Assembly (NCBI GenBank): GCA_964372085.1
Contig: CAYJPQ010000004.1
Coordinates: 22,247 to 86,246 of the forward strand
Direction: 5' to 3'
DNA from: an uncultured Bifidobacteriaceae bacterium
Lineage (GTDB): Bacteria; Acidobacteriota; Vicinamibacteria; Vicinamibacterales; UBA2999
Length of the DNA stretch: 64,000 nt
This document shows, in pieces, positions 34,850 to 44,268 of this stretch (its first letter is position 1; every line of letters begins with the position of its first letter). The translations under genes and the position numbers were made by a program. Below the pieces are notes generated by a model. It was given only the letters and a program-made list of their open reading frames with translations. It had not been told where the DNA came from and searched no databases.

Positions 34850-36014
34850 TCCGCTCGCTGCCGGACCGGCTCGCATGTTCGACGAAACGCTCGGCCGTCC
34901 GACCCCAGTCGAAGCGAGTTCGCGCCAGCGCGCCCGCTCTCTTACCGAGGGCGAGTCTCGCGTCGACGTCGGCCGCCAGGGCAACGACCCGCGCCGCCAT
35001 CGCCTCGTCGTCATCTGGCTCGACGAGATAGCCTGTCTCGTTCTCTACGACTTGACTTGGGACCCCGCCAACCTTCGTGGCCACAACTGGCAACTCCATG
35101 GCCATGGCCTCCAGAATGACATTGGGAAAGTTATCGTAATGTGACGACAGCACAAACATGTCGGCCGCGGTATAACAGGCGCACAACCGATCGCCGCGCG
35201 CTTCGCCCAGGAAGTGCACTCGCGCACGTACATCGAGTTCGCGCGCAGCTTGCTCAAGGTCGGCCCGATCGGGTCCGGTGCCCACGACCACGAGATCAAC
35301 GTCGGCACGGATCGCTGCTACTCGGTGCATGAGTCGAACGAGCATCTGGACGTTCTTCAGAGGAATCAGGCGGCCAACGAAAAGAACGAGGACTTTCCCG
35401 TTCGGCAGTCCCAACTCCGCCCTGGCAGCCTCGCGCGATGCCCCTCGCCTGAACACCGAGTGATCAATTCCAACCTCGAGCCGAATTAGATTCGCCTCTG
35501 GAGCAGAGCGTTGAATGCTGTCGAAGGCATCACCATTTGCGATCACCGCATACGTGCGCCTCAGGCACCAGAGATGCATGCGGAAACTCGGAGGTCCGGG
35601 AAGTCGCACAAACACACGGTCACCGAGCAGGGTGGTCGCCAGCATGCCGAGGAAACTCAGCCCGCAAATATGGACGACAAACGACTCACGACGTCTGCGC
35701 CACAAGCGAGCCAAGACATTGATCTCGAAGGCAATCTGCCCGATCCACCTGGGCAGTCCGCGCAGGCCGCGCAGTCGCCCGATCACGGCAAGGCCATGAA
35801 GGCGCTGCGTCCACAGATAGAGCCAAGGCGCTCTCACGGGACGGGCAATGCAGTAGCCTGGCAACGGGAGCAGCGATGGGGCGAACACCGGCCGGAGAAA
35901 GTAACACTCGGTCTCGTGGCCCCTCGCCGCGAGTTCCCGACTCACGTGCAAGTCGTAGTTCTCGCCTCCGCCCCGGTACATCCCCATCATGATGTTCACG
36001 AAAATGAACTTCAT
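34842..36014 (-). CDS. GT4-family glycosyltransferase
   Basis: Contains NFPNVILEAMAMELPVVATKVGGVPSQVVENETG. Starting at ATG 36014 gives an ATGA overlap with the AsnB paralog 3 stop. Confidence 0.88.
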   Translation of the reverse strand: MKFIFVNIMMGMYRGGGENYDLHVSRELAARGHETECYFLRPVFAPSLLPLPGYCIARPVRAPWLYLWTQRLHGLAVIGRLRGLRGLPRWIGQIAFEINVLARLWRRRRESFVVHICGLSFLGMLATTLLGDRVFVRLPGPPSFRMHLWCLRRTYAVIANGDAFDSIQRSAPEANLIRLEVGIDHSVFRRGASREAARAELGLPNGKVLVLFVGRLIPLKNVQMLVRLMHRVAAIRADVDLVVVGTGPDRADLEQAARELDVRARVHFLGEARGDRLCACYTAADMFVLSSHYDNFPNVILEAMAMELPVVATKVGGVPSQVVENETGYLVEPDDDEAMAARVVALAADVDARLALGKRAGALARTRFDWGRTAERFVEHASRSGSERNG

Positions 36015-37870
36015 GCTCTGCGTGCTGCCCGCCGTTGATGCGCGAACCATTCTTCCCAGATCAGCATGGCGAACAACTTCTTGCTGAAATTGGACAGACC
36101 GCGGCGGTGCGAGTCCAAGTACCACATGGCCTGATTTCGATCGAGGTAGCCGGACGGGGCATCCGACAGGAGCTCCGCTAGCCGCTCGCCAAGGGCGCCT
36201 TTGAACCACGCGCCCAACGGCACACCAAAGCCCTGTTTGCGCTCGAACTCGAAACCGGGAGGCAGGTAGCGTTGCGCTACGCGCTTGAGAAGGTATTTCT
36301 TGACGGAACCGCGCCGCTTCAGAGTCGACGGCACCTTCATGAATGCGAACTCGACGATGCGCTTGTCAAGCAAAGGACTCCGGACCTCGAGCGAGTTCAG
36401 CATGCTCATGCGGTCGACCTTGACGAGGATGTCGTCGACCATGTAGTTCTGACAATCCGCCTGGCAAATGTTTTGGAGCCAGTCGAGCCGGGGCAAAAAC
36501 CGACGAAGGCATTCGTCCTCCGGTGTTGAATTCGCGAGTATCGGACCACGGAGGAGCAATTGACGCTCAGCCAGGGTGAACAACCTCGCGGAGTGCGCGG
36601 TCATGCTGACATATGGATCGTCGTAGACGAGGCGTTTGAGCGTCGCGGTCTTCTGTCTCTCCGGGAGCAAGGCCGCGACCGAACCGATGAGTCTCCTCAC
36701 CGCACCGGGGACGTGCTCTCGGAGCCGGTTCTCCCACGCGAATGCGTCGTAGTGACCGTATCCGGCAAATAATTCATCCCCGCCGTCACCTGAGAGGGCC
36801 ACGGTAAGATCTTTTCGGGCCTCCAGGCACACACGATGTGTTGGCACGAAGGACGAATCCGCAAATGGCTGGTCGAGATCAGCGGCCAGTAGCGGGACCG
36901 TCGCCACCACATCGTCGTGGACGTGGTGAATCGAATGATTCGTGCCGAAGTGTTTGGCGATGCGTTCCGCGTGACGCGACTCATCAATGGAGGTGCCAGG
37001 GAAACTGACGGTCAGCGTCCGAACCGGTCGAGCGGAAGATCGAGCAGCCAGCGCGACGACCACACTGGAGTCGAGTCCGCCAGACAAGAACACGCCAACC
37101 GGAACATCACTTTGGAGCCTGACCTGAACGGCGTGCACGAGGAGCGCATCCAACTCCTCCACCAGTTCTTCCTCGTCAAGGTTGGGCATGCTCTCCGCGA
37201 CTGGCAAGCGCCAGTAGCGGTCGATACTCGGCGGGCCAGACACCGGCAGGGCAAATGATGCCGCGTGACCGGCTGGGAGTTGGGAGATCGCCCTGTAAAC
37301 GGTCCGGCGTCCACCGATATACCCGGTGGAAAAATATTCGTTGACGGCAATGGGATCTAGCTCGTCACTGATACCGGGCAGTCCGGCAAGCGCCCTGATC
37401 TCGCTGGCGAATGCCAGGAACCCCTCACGCTGACTGAAATAGAGAGGCTTCTTCCCGACATGATCCCGCGCCAGAAACACCGTCTTTCGCTGACGGTCGT
37501 AGAGCGCGAAGCTGAACATTCCCGAAAGACGAGTGACACAGGACTGACCCCACGTAAGATACGCGGCGATGAGCACCTCAGTATCGGAAGTTGTCCGAAA
37601 CGCGTAGCCTGTCAGTTGCTCTTTGAGCTCCAGGTAGTTGTAGATTTCCCCGTTAAACACCAAGGCGACGCGGCCACATGCGCTGAACATGGGTTGATTG
37701 CTGCGGGGATCCAAGTCGATGATGGCAAGTCGGTTGTGTCCCAGAGTCAGACCGTCGATCTCGATAACCGCACTGTGATCGGGCCCGCGGTGACGAATCC
37801 GGTTCAGATGATCGTCGAATATCTGACGAGGAACGGCGTCAGCGCCCCAGTGTCCCAGGATGCCGCACAT
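36011..37870 (-). CDS. Asparagine synthase family amidotransferase, paralog 3
   Basis: Has the MCGILG N-terminus and the PP-loop SGGLDS. Length is 619 aa. Confidence 0.9.
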   Translation of the reverse strand: MCGILGHWGADAVPRQIFDDHLNRIRHRGPDHSAVIEIDGLTLGHNRLAIIDLDPRSNQPMFSACGRVALVFNGEIYNYLELKEQLTGYAFRTTSDTEVLIAAYLTWGQSCVTRLSGMFSFALYDRQRKTVFLARDHVGKKPLYFSQREGFLAFASEIRALAGLPGISDELDPIAVNEYFSTGYIGGRRTVYRAISQLPAGHAASFALPVSGPPSIDRYWRLPVAESMPNLDEEELVEELDALLVHAVQVRLQSDVPVGVFLSGGLDSSVVVALAARSSARPVRTLTVSFPGTSIDESRHAERIAKHFGTNHSIHHVHDDVVATVPLLAADLDQPFADSSFVPTHRVCLEARKDLTVALSGDGGDELFAGYGHYDAFAWENRLREHVPGAVRRLIGSVAALLPERQKTATLKRLVYDDPYVSMTAHSARLFTLAERQLLLRGPILANSTPEDECLRRFLPRLDWLQNICQADCQNYMVDDILVKVDRMSMLNSLEVRSPLLDKRIVEFAFMKVPSTLKRRGSVKKYLLKRVAQRYLPPGFEFERKQGFGVPLGAWFKGALGERLAELLSDAPSGYLDRNQAMWYLDSHRRGLSNFSKKLFAMLIWEEWFAHQRRAARRA

Positions 37871-38706
37871 CAGGAATGGCCGAATAGCTGTTCGGCAGTC
37901 ACGAACTTGACTCGTTCTCCCTGTTCGCGGGCAAGGGCTACGATTTCCGACAACATGTTCCGCAGTGACGCGTTAGCCGCCAAATGGTAATAATGTGTTG
38001 CGATCACAAAATTTCCGCCGCGCCGCAAGGCATCCTCAAAACCTCTGGCCAAGTCGCTTGCGTTCGTCGACGGGCCGATTTCGTAGCACGCCTGTTCCTT
38101 GTGAGTGCCAAAATCAAGCGGCCTCGTCAGCCGATAGCGCTTTCCATGACGGAAATACAGCACTAGTAAGCGCAGACAATTCAAGTAGTTTCTTGCGCTG
38201 GCTGGTCGTTCGGAGGGCCGATGGCCGAAGGCCATAAGGAGGTCAAATCCATTGCGAGCCAGGGCCTCGGCAGCGGACGGACCGAGGGAATTGTTTGGAG
38301 GTGAGGCAACAGTCACGTCGCGACCGAACACGGTCTCGAGATAGTGCTTCGCTTCACGAATGTCATAGTTGAAGTCTTTCCGCTGAACGAACTCGTAAAG
38401 ATCGTGGTGAATGCCATGCAGCATGATCGTCGCCCGCCCGGATGCACACCACTCTCGCAGTTGCAGAACGAGCTCGCGGTTCAGGTCCAGAGGGTACACC
38501 TCCTTGGTCTGCCAATCGCGCCATTGAAGGTCCAACTGTTCCCACTTGCCTGCCGGATACGCGTCCACATCAAACCCGCCGACGAACGGTATGCAGGAAA
38601 AGCTGACTGGGCAGATCCGGCTGACCTCTTCGTACAGTAAACGAAGAACCTCCACATTTGTGTGGAAGCAGACATCATCGTCCCGGATCGCGAAGCGAAC
38701 GCTCAT
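37870..38706 (-). CDS. Predicted polysaccharide deacetylase-like protein (DUF2334-like)
   Basis: The N-terminal FAIRDDDVCFHT and a later ..MLHGIHH.. recall the DUF2334/divergent deacetylase fold. This assignment is tentative. Confidence 0.45.
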   Translation of the reverse strand: MSVRFAIRDDDVCFHTNVEVLRLLYEEVSRICPVSFSCIPFVGGFDVDAYPAGKWEQLDLQWRDWQTKEVYPLDLNRELVLQLREWCASGRATIMLHGIHHDLYEFVQRKDFNYDIREAKHYLETVFGRDVTVASPPNNSLGPSAAEALARNGFDLLMAFGHRPSERPASARNYLNCLRLLVLYFRHGKRYRLTRPLDFGTHKEQACYEIGPSTNASDLARGFEDALRRGGNFVIATHYYHLAANASLRNMLSEIVALAREQGERVKFVTAEQLFGHS

Positions 38707-38717
38707 GCCCAGGTAGC

Positions 38718-39572
38718 TTAGCGGGAAGTCTTCGTCACAATCAGCGTGTACTTGCTAGTCAGAACATCCTCGCACAGCCGAGAGGGCAGGACCCTCCGCA
38801 GAATAGACACGACGAACATCCATCCTCGGAATCGCTCTCCCATCCAGTAGGGATGTTCTGCCTCAATGGCGAACCCTGCCTCTCTCACAAGGTTCCGTGA
38901 CTGCTCCATTGTCAGGAGGTTGACATGGCCGGTCTCTGTGACATGGTCCTGGGCGACCCATTTGAATCTGAAGAACAGGTTAGTCCAGCGGACCAAGTAC
39001 CTATCGAACACTGGCGTGTCGGTCGTGTATATCGCCCGTCCCGAACTCTTCAGAACCCGTCGGATCTCGCGAAGCATGCGGAGGTCCTTGTCGGGCCTGA
39101 GGTGCTCGACAACGAACACATAGAGGACCGTATCGAACGTTTCATCCACAAACGGAAGTTCAAAACCGGAAGCGAGGATGGGAAGCAGGTTCTCCTTCCC
39201 TCGTTTCTGAAGTCGGCGTAACCCGACATTCGTGACGTCCACGCAGTACGACGTTAGGTGACGCGGCACTCTTGATGAATAGACGCCGTCCCCGCATCCC
39301 AAATCCAGGATGACTCCGTAGTCTTCATCACCGCGAAGCGAGAGGTAGCCCTCATCGCCCGCCGCAAGCTGGAGTGGCTCTTCGCCAACGTAGTGGCCGA
39401 CATCGGTGAGATAGAGGTCGTTCCATCCGGGATCGGTGAAGAAGACGGGTATGCCCGCACGAATCGGATACGTTGACGCGCAGGAACTGCACCGCAGCAC
39501 TTCGCGGTCGTTGACCAATGGCGACCTATCGCGTGGGCAGACCAGCCGACCGAAGGCTTCACTCTCCATCAC
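38718..39572 (-). CDS. Class I SAM methyltransferase with N-terminal Trm112-like zinc ribbon
   Basis: The ribbon is CPRDRSPL..LRCSSCASTYPIRAGIPVF, followed by motif I ILDLGCGDG. Confidence 0.8.
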   Translation of the reverse strand: MMESEAFGRLVCPRDRSPLVNDREVLRCSSCASTYPIRAGIPVFFTDPGWNDLYLTDVGHYVGEEPLQLAAGDEGYLSLRGDEDYGVILDLGCGDGVYSSRVPRHLTSYCVDVTNVGLRRLQKRGKENLLPILASGFELPFVDETFDTVLYVFVVEHLRPDKDLRMLREIRRVLKSSGRAIYTTDTPVFDRYLVRWTNLFFRFKWVAQDHVTETGHVNLLTMEQSRNLVREAGFAIEAEHPYWMGERFRGWMFVVSILRRVLPSRLCEDVLTSKYTLIVTKTSR

Positions 39573-40699
39573 CGGAGCTCTCTCAGACTCTTCAGCAAGT
39601 CCTCCACCAGCACCGACTGTTTGTAGGGCAGCGCGGTGTCCGTTGCGCGTCTCGACATTTGCTCAAGCGATGCGGGGCTGAGGCTGAGTGCGCGCATGAT
39701 TCCCTCCGCGACGCCCTCGGCATCGGGCCTGACGACGATTCCGTTCACGCCATCCTTCACCAAGTACTTGAGATTATTGATGTGAGTCGAGATCACGGGC
39801 TTGCCGCAGGCAAAGGCCTCAACCCAGGTGCGCCCAAAAGTCTCGTCCGGGTAGATGGTTGGAAACACGCACATGTCGCAGGACGCGTAGTAGGCCCTTA
39901 CGGATTCAAACGGTAGTGTGCCGACGAACCTGACGTTCGTCAGGCCCTGGGACGACGCGAGCCGTCGCCACGACTCCAATGCAGGTCCATCTCCAGCGTA
40001 TACAAAATTGGCCACTTCCCTGCCGGCCCTGTCCCGCATCAATGCCAGTGCGCGGAGGATGAGTTGAATGCCTTTCTGCTCGTCGGCGCGGGAACAGGAG
40101 AACAGCGTCGGGAGCGAGTTGTCGAAAAGGGATAACCGGTCTCGATCGTTGTGGTGGAAGAACACATCCGGAACGGGCCTGCCGAGAACCCTGACGCGAT
40201 CGGCGACATCGGGGAATCCTGTCTTGAGGGCGAGCGCCGTCGAGTCCGCGACGAAAATTCGATCGAGCCACCTATAGCCGCGCCGCACGAAGAACGCACT
40301 TCCTCGACCCCTCCAGTGCGTGTTCGTGCGAGTCAGCACGGAACCACTGTTCACGCTCGCACACTTCTGCCCTGACTTCAGCGAGAGGCGGATAAAGCCC
40401 AGCGCCCTGACCACCGCATCATCCAGCAGCAACACCACATCCGGTCGAAGTTCGGCTGTTCTCCGTAGGACAGCGCGAGCACATGCGAACTGGCTTCCGA
40501 TTTTCGTCAGGTCGAGCTGATGCGTCACCGTCGACGCCGCCGGGCTCACGGGAGGTGCTCCCGGACGGTCGGAGAACACTTGCAGGTGCGTCGCCACTCC
40601 GGCATTCGCAAGCCCCTGAACCAGCAGAAAATTAGAGAGTTGCATTCCACCAACGGAAGGCGGAAAGAATTTCGTTGCACACAATAACCTCACTATCAC
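39569..40699 (-). CDS. GT4-family glycosyltransferase
   Basis: Contains ..DETFGRTWVEAFACGKPVISTHINNLKYLVKDGVNG... Length is 376 aa. Confidence 0.85.
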   Translation of the reverse strand: MIVRLLCATKFFPPSVGGMQLSNFLLVQGLANAGVATHLQVFSDRPGAPPVSPAASTVTHQLDLTKIGSQFACARAVLRRTAELRPDVVLLLDDAVVRALGFIRLSLKSGQKCASVNSGSVLTRTNTHWRGRGSAFFVRRGYRWLDRIFVADSTALALKTGFPDVADRVRVLGRPVPDVFFHHNDRDRLSLFDNSLPTLFSCSRADEQKGIQLILRALALMRDRAGREVANFVYAGDGPALESWRRLASSQGLTNVRFVGTLPFESVRAYYASCDMCVFPTIYPDETFGRTWVEAFACGKPVISTHINNLKYLVKDGVNGIVVRPDAEGVAEGIMRALSLSPASLEQMSRRATDTALPYKQSVLVEDLLKSLRELR

Positions 40700-40705
40700 C
40701 CAGCT

Positions 40706-41908
40706 CTATGTAAAGAGTGCATATAGCATTTCCTTCATCGGCCCGGTCTCTTCCCGAGGACCTTCAATAGCTCTTGGGTCAGTGACACGCTGGCCAAAGC
40801 AGTACAGGGCCGTTCCGCACTGGCGGACGCCGATCGCGCACGACAACCCGTGCTCGTGATACCAGCGCTCCACCTCGTCGGCAGAGTGAAACGAGGTAAA
40901 GCCCGCCGTGTAAGCGTCGTACATGTTGTGATAGTTGCCGAAGTACACGAATCGATTAACGAGGGCTATCAGTGCGGGGCCGATGAGCGGCAGCCGTCTT
41001 ACGATCTCGAACACGAAGGCCGGCACCGCGAGGCACCACCCCACCAACGATTGTGGCAAGCGCGAGAACACTCGGTTTCGCAGGTTCCGATTCATGGCGA
41101 CGAGTACCGGATTCCCACGACCGTACAGATAGACAGACAAAAAGCCGCCTGGACGGCAGTGGTTGGCGACTTCGCCGAACGACGTCTTCGCAGACGGCGT
41201 GTGGTGGAGGACACCAATCGAGAACACGACATCGAACCTCTGCGCGAATGGCAAGCGGGTCAGGTCACCGCGAATAATGAGAATATTGCGAACATCCCGC
41301 GTATTGGCAAACGCCACATTAGCGGCCTCGCTAATGTCAGCACCAATCACGATCTCGGCTCCCATGCCGGCCGCGATGAAGCTGTACCTACCGTTACCGC
41401 AACCAGCGTCCAAAACTCGCTTCTCGAACAAGAGAGACGGAATCAGGCCGGTGTACGAAAGGAAATGAATTCTCTCCCGCGGGAGCCGCTGGTCCCAGCC
41501 TTCTCGACTGAACTTCTGCCATTCCTGACCGAAGGAGCGCTCGCTCGCGGCCTGAACGGAATTGCTTGACGGGGGCCTGAAGTCAGGCACGCCCCGCTCA
41601 ATTCGATACCTGTGACCGCGGGCGCTCGACAGCCAACCTTCGATGACGTGCTCGCCCTGCTGAACCTCGATCTCGCAGTCCAGCGCCTGCCCGGCCTCAT
41701 CGGCCAGGTACTTTAGATGCTCAAGTCGCAGGGTAGTGTCCTCAGGCGCTCGCCTCGACTGGCGTGGAATGGTGTCTGTGGAAATGCATGATCTGGTCGA
41801 CCAATGTCTCGAGATTTTCCGGCGCGAGGATTGCGTCTCTGGCGGCCAGCGGTTCGATGTAGATGCCCCGGAAGGCATTCTCGAACAACGCGCCCAAGAA
41901 CGTCTCAA
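40706..41908 (-). CDS. Class I SAM methyltransferase with degenerate Trm112-like N-terminal module (start codon unresolved)
   Basis: Motif I is VLDAGCGNGRYS, preceded by ..GHRYRIERGVPDF (ribbon-like, cysteines lost). The only ATG/GTG/TTG starts upstream of this module lie 137-167 nt inside the preceding gene. Confidence 0.75.
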   Translation of the reverse strand: MRRSWARCSRMPSGASTSNRWPPETQSSRRKISRHWSTRSCISTDTIPRQSRRAPEDTTLRLEHLKYLADEAGQALDCEIEVQQGEHVIEGWLSSARGHRYRIERGVPDFRPPSSNSVQAASERSFGQEWQKFSREGWDQRLPRERIHFLSYTGLIPSLLFEKRVLDAGCGNGRYSFIAAGMGAEIVIGADISEAANVAFANTRDVRNILIIRGDLTRLPFAQRFDVVFSIGVLHHTPSAKTSFGEVANHCRPGGFLSVYLYGRGNPVLVAMNRNLRNRVFSRLPQSLVGWCLAVPAFVFEIVRRLPLIGPALIALVNRFVYFGNYHNMYDAYTAGFTSFHSADEVERWYHEHGLSCAIGVRQCGTALYCFGQRVTDPRAIEGPREETGPMKEMLYALFT

Positions 41909-43220
41909 GCACGTCTTCGTCGTGGCGGTAGTGTGCCAGCGTATCGGCCATCAGGCGGGGCCACTGCGTCGGCGCGACGTTGCTCGCATCGATTGCCAGT
42001 GGACAGAAGCGATAGTAGGCCGAGCCGAGCACAATGACCGGCCGTTTCAGGATCAGGCCTTCGAGACCCGGCGTACCGGTGATCGTGAAAATCGCAGAGG
42101 AGTGTTCGATAATCTCGAAGCTGTCGGTGAACGGGCTCACCACCCGAACATTGGGCAACGCCTTGATGCGCGCGTAGTAGTCGGCCCCTCGCCGCCCCAG
42201 CATGTAGGCGTGCTCTTTGACATACAGGCGATAGCCTATCGGCAGGGACTTCGACAGGTTTTCCAGAATATTCAATTGGTCGAGGTAGAACGGCGCGAGG
42301 CTCATTGTGCTGGCTTCTGGCTGATAGTGCAGGGGGAAGTAGACGTACTTCTCATCGCGCCTGAAGGCATCCCACCGATCTGCCCTCGCAAAGCGAGCCC
42401 GCTGCACTCGCCAGTTCGCGTCCGTCCACAGCCGCTGAAATGGATTGCGCTTGCTGTGCTCTCCCTTGAATGCGCCGCTAAACCAGTACCGGTAGACGTA
42501 TCGAACGAAGCGGTAGAAGTGGCCGATTGTCACCTCATGCTCACGCGATCTGAGAGCGAGGTACGCCGGCTGCAGACTGTGCCGCCGGAATGCGTCCAGA
42601 AACTGTCGCACCTCTGCTCGAGTTGAATCGCGCAGCACCCGTTTGCCAGACAGATACTCATCGACCCAACTCACATCTTCGGTGGCGTTGTCGCTGAGAA
42701 TGTAGCGATCCTCCAGTCGCAGTGACATCGGACGAATGAGCCGAATGCCGAGCTTGCCCGCCACCTCTTGGGAAATCAGTTGAGGCATCGAGCCGAAAGC
42801 GTTGGTCAGCAGCAAGTCCGGCTTCTCTTCACCATATAACTGCTCGAAGTAGTCGAAGCAAACAACGAGCCGCTTGCGGATTTCGTGGTAGCCGCATCGC
42901 ACCCAGCTCCGGTCGGCCCACACGTATCGCCAGAGGGGCTGCTCGTGGTATTTTCGCTCGATGGCTGACAGCCTGTCGTCGAGATCGGAGATGGAGTCCG
43001 GCACCTGCTCCACCCCATCCTGCATCAGGTAGATGCGATCAAACACTCCGTCGTTGTTCCGAGAGAGTTCTTCGTAGTAGATCTTGCCGATGACGAGGGC
43101 GACACACTGCGTCGCGAAGCCAGACTCCTTGAGCCTCGCGGCAACACGATGCCAAGTGTAGGTTTGGTCCCAGTCGCAAATGAACAGTATTTTCATGGCG
43201 CTAGAGGCGGAGCCGCCCAT
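41742..43220 (-). CDS. Capsule-biosynthesis-type (KpsC/KpsS/LpsZ-like) putative glycosyltransferase
   Basis: Contains YVYFPLHYQPEASTMSLAPFYLDQLNILENLSKSLP..LYVKEH..FTITGTPGLEGLILKRPVIVLG. This matches my memory of the Capsule_synth family pattern. An alternative start is ATG 43196 (MKILFICDWD). Confidence 0.55.
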   Translation of the reverse strand: MGGSASSAMKILFICDWDQTYTWHRVAARLKESGFATQCVALVIGKIYYEELSRNNDGVFDRIYLMQDGVEQVPDSISDLDDRLSAIERKYHEQPLWRYVWADRSWVRCGYHEIRKRLVVCFDYFEQLYGEEKPDLLLTNAFGSMPQLISQEVAGKLGIRLIRPMSLRLEDRYILSDNATEDVSWVDEYLSGKRVLRDSTRAEVRQFLDAFRRHSLQPAYLALRSREHEVTIGHFYRFVRYVYRYWFSGAFKGEHSKRNPFQRLWTDANWRVQRARFARADRWDAFRRDEKYVYFPLHYQPEASTMSLAPFYLDQLNILENLSKSLPIGYRLYVKEHAYMLGRRGADYYARIKALPNVRVVSPFTDSFEIIEHSSAIFTITGTPGLEGLILKRPVIVLGSAYYRFCPLAIDASNVAPTQWPRLMADTLAHYRHDEDVLETFLGALFENAFRGIYIEPLAARDAILAPENLETLVDQIMHFHRHHSTPVEASA

Positions 43221-43221
43221 C

Positions 43222-44268
43222 TCATCTAATGAGACCCCACGTCAACGGCGTGCCGCGGAAAATAGTCCGCGTCGCCCTCTTGCCCAGCACGTGGCCTATC
43301 TCTCGCGGCGACAGTCCTCGGCCCGGACGGATGGTGCGGATGTTCTCTCGGGTCAGCTCGTCGCCTTCGAGGATGTCCTGCACGACATAGATCGATCGCC
43401 GGAAGAGGGCGTTCTGCCGTTCGCTGGCCTTCCTTTCGAATGTCGGCAGACCGACGGAAAGCCACGCGTCACGACAGCCGCCTGCGAGCGCGGCCAGTTC
43501 GTCCGGCTCCAGGGAAAATGCGGCATCCGGTCCGCCATCCGACCGCCGCAGCGTGAAGTGCTTCTCGATGATCGAAGCCCCAATAGCCACGGCGGCAATC
43601 GCGGTCGTAATCCCGAGCGTGTGATCCGAGAACCCGACCGGCACATCGAACCTTTTCGCCAGCTCGGCGATGCTACTGATGTTCGCGTCCTCAACCGGAG
43701 TTGGATAGCCACTCACGCAGTGGAGCAGTGCGACATCGCGTGTGCCGGAATCGTACGCGCACTGCACGGCTTCGGACACCTCCTCGGGCGTTGCCATGCC
43801 GGTGGATATAATCAACGGCTTCCCCGTTGACGCTGCCTTGGCGATCAACTCCAAATCGACGATCTCGAACGACGCGATCTTGTAGGCGGGAGTATTGAGC
43901 TCCTCAAGAAAATCGACCGCGCTCTCGTCGAACGGCGAGCTGAAGATTGTTATGCCGAGCTCGCGGCCAAGGCTGAACATCTGCCGCTGGTACTCGCGAT
44001 CGATGCCGATGCCCTTGTAGAGTTGATAGAGAGTTTGACCGCCCCACAGACCGCCATGAATCCAGAAGTCCGGGGCATCGGAGTCTATCGTCAGCGAGTC
44101 TGCATCGAATGTCTGCAGCTTTACCGCATCGGCTCCAGCCTTCTTCGCAGCGACGATCAGCGCCGCCGCACGTTCAGGACTCTGCAGGTGGTTGTTGGAC
44201 ATCTCCGCGATGACATACGGCGGAGCACCCGCGCCAATAGTCCGCCCTGCGATCTCTATCGTCCTCAT
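43222..44268 (-). CDS. pseI: Pseudaminic acid synthase (NeuB family)
   Basis: Contains PPYVIAEMSNNH..ADAVKLQT..WGGQTLYQLY..FSSPFD..YKIASFE..ISTGMAT..FSDHT..IEKHFT, with a C-terminal SAF-like domain. Starting at ATG 44268 gives an ATGA overlap. Confidence 0.85.
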   Translation of the reverse strand: MRTIEIAGRTIGAGAPPYVIAEMSNNHLQSPERAAALIVAAKKAGADAVKLQTFDADSLTIDSDAPDFWIHGGLWGGQTLYQLYKGIGIDREYQRQMFSLGRELGITIFSSPFDESAVDFLEELNTPAYKIASFEIVDLELIAKAASTGKPLIISTGMATPEEVSEAVQCAYDSGTRDVALLHCVSGYPTPVEDANISSIAELAKRFDVPVGFSDHTLGITTAIAAVAIGASIIEKHFTLRRSDGGPDAAFSLEPDELAALAGGCRDAWLSVGLPTFERKASERQNALFRRSIYVVQDILEGDELTRENIRTIRPGRGLSPREIGHVLGKRATRTIFRGTPLTWGLIR

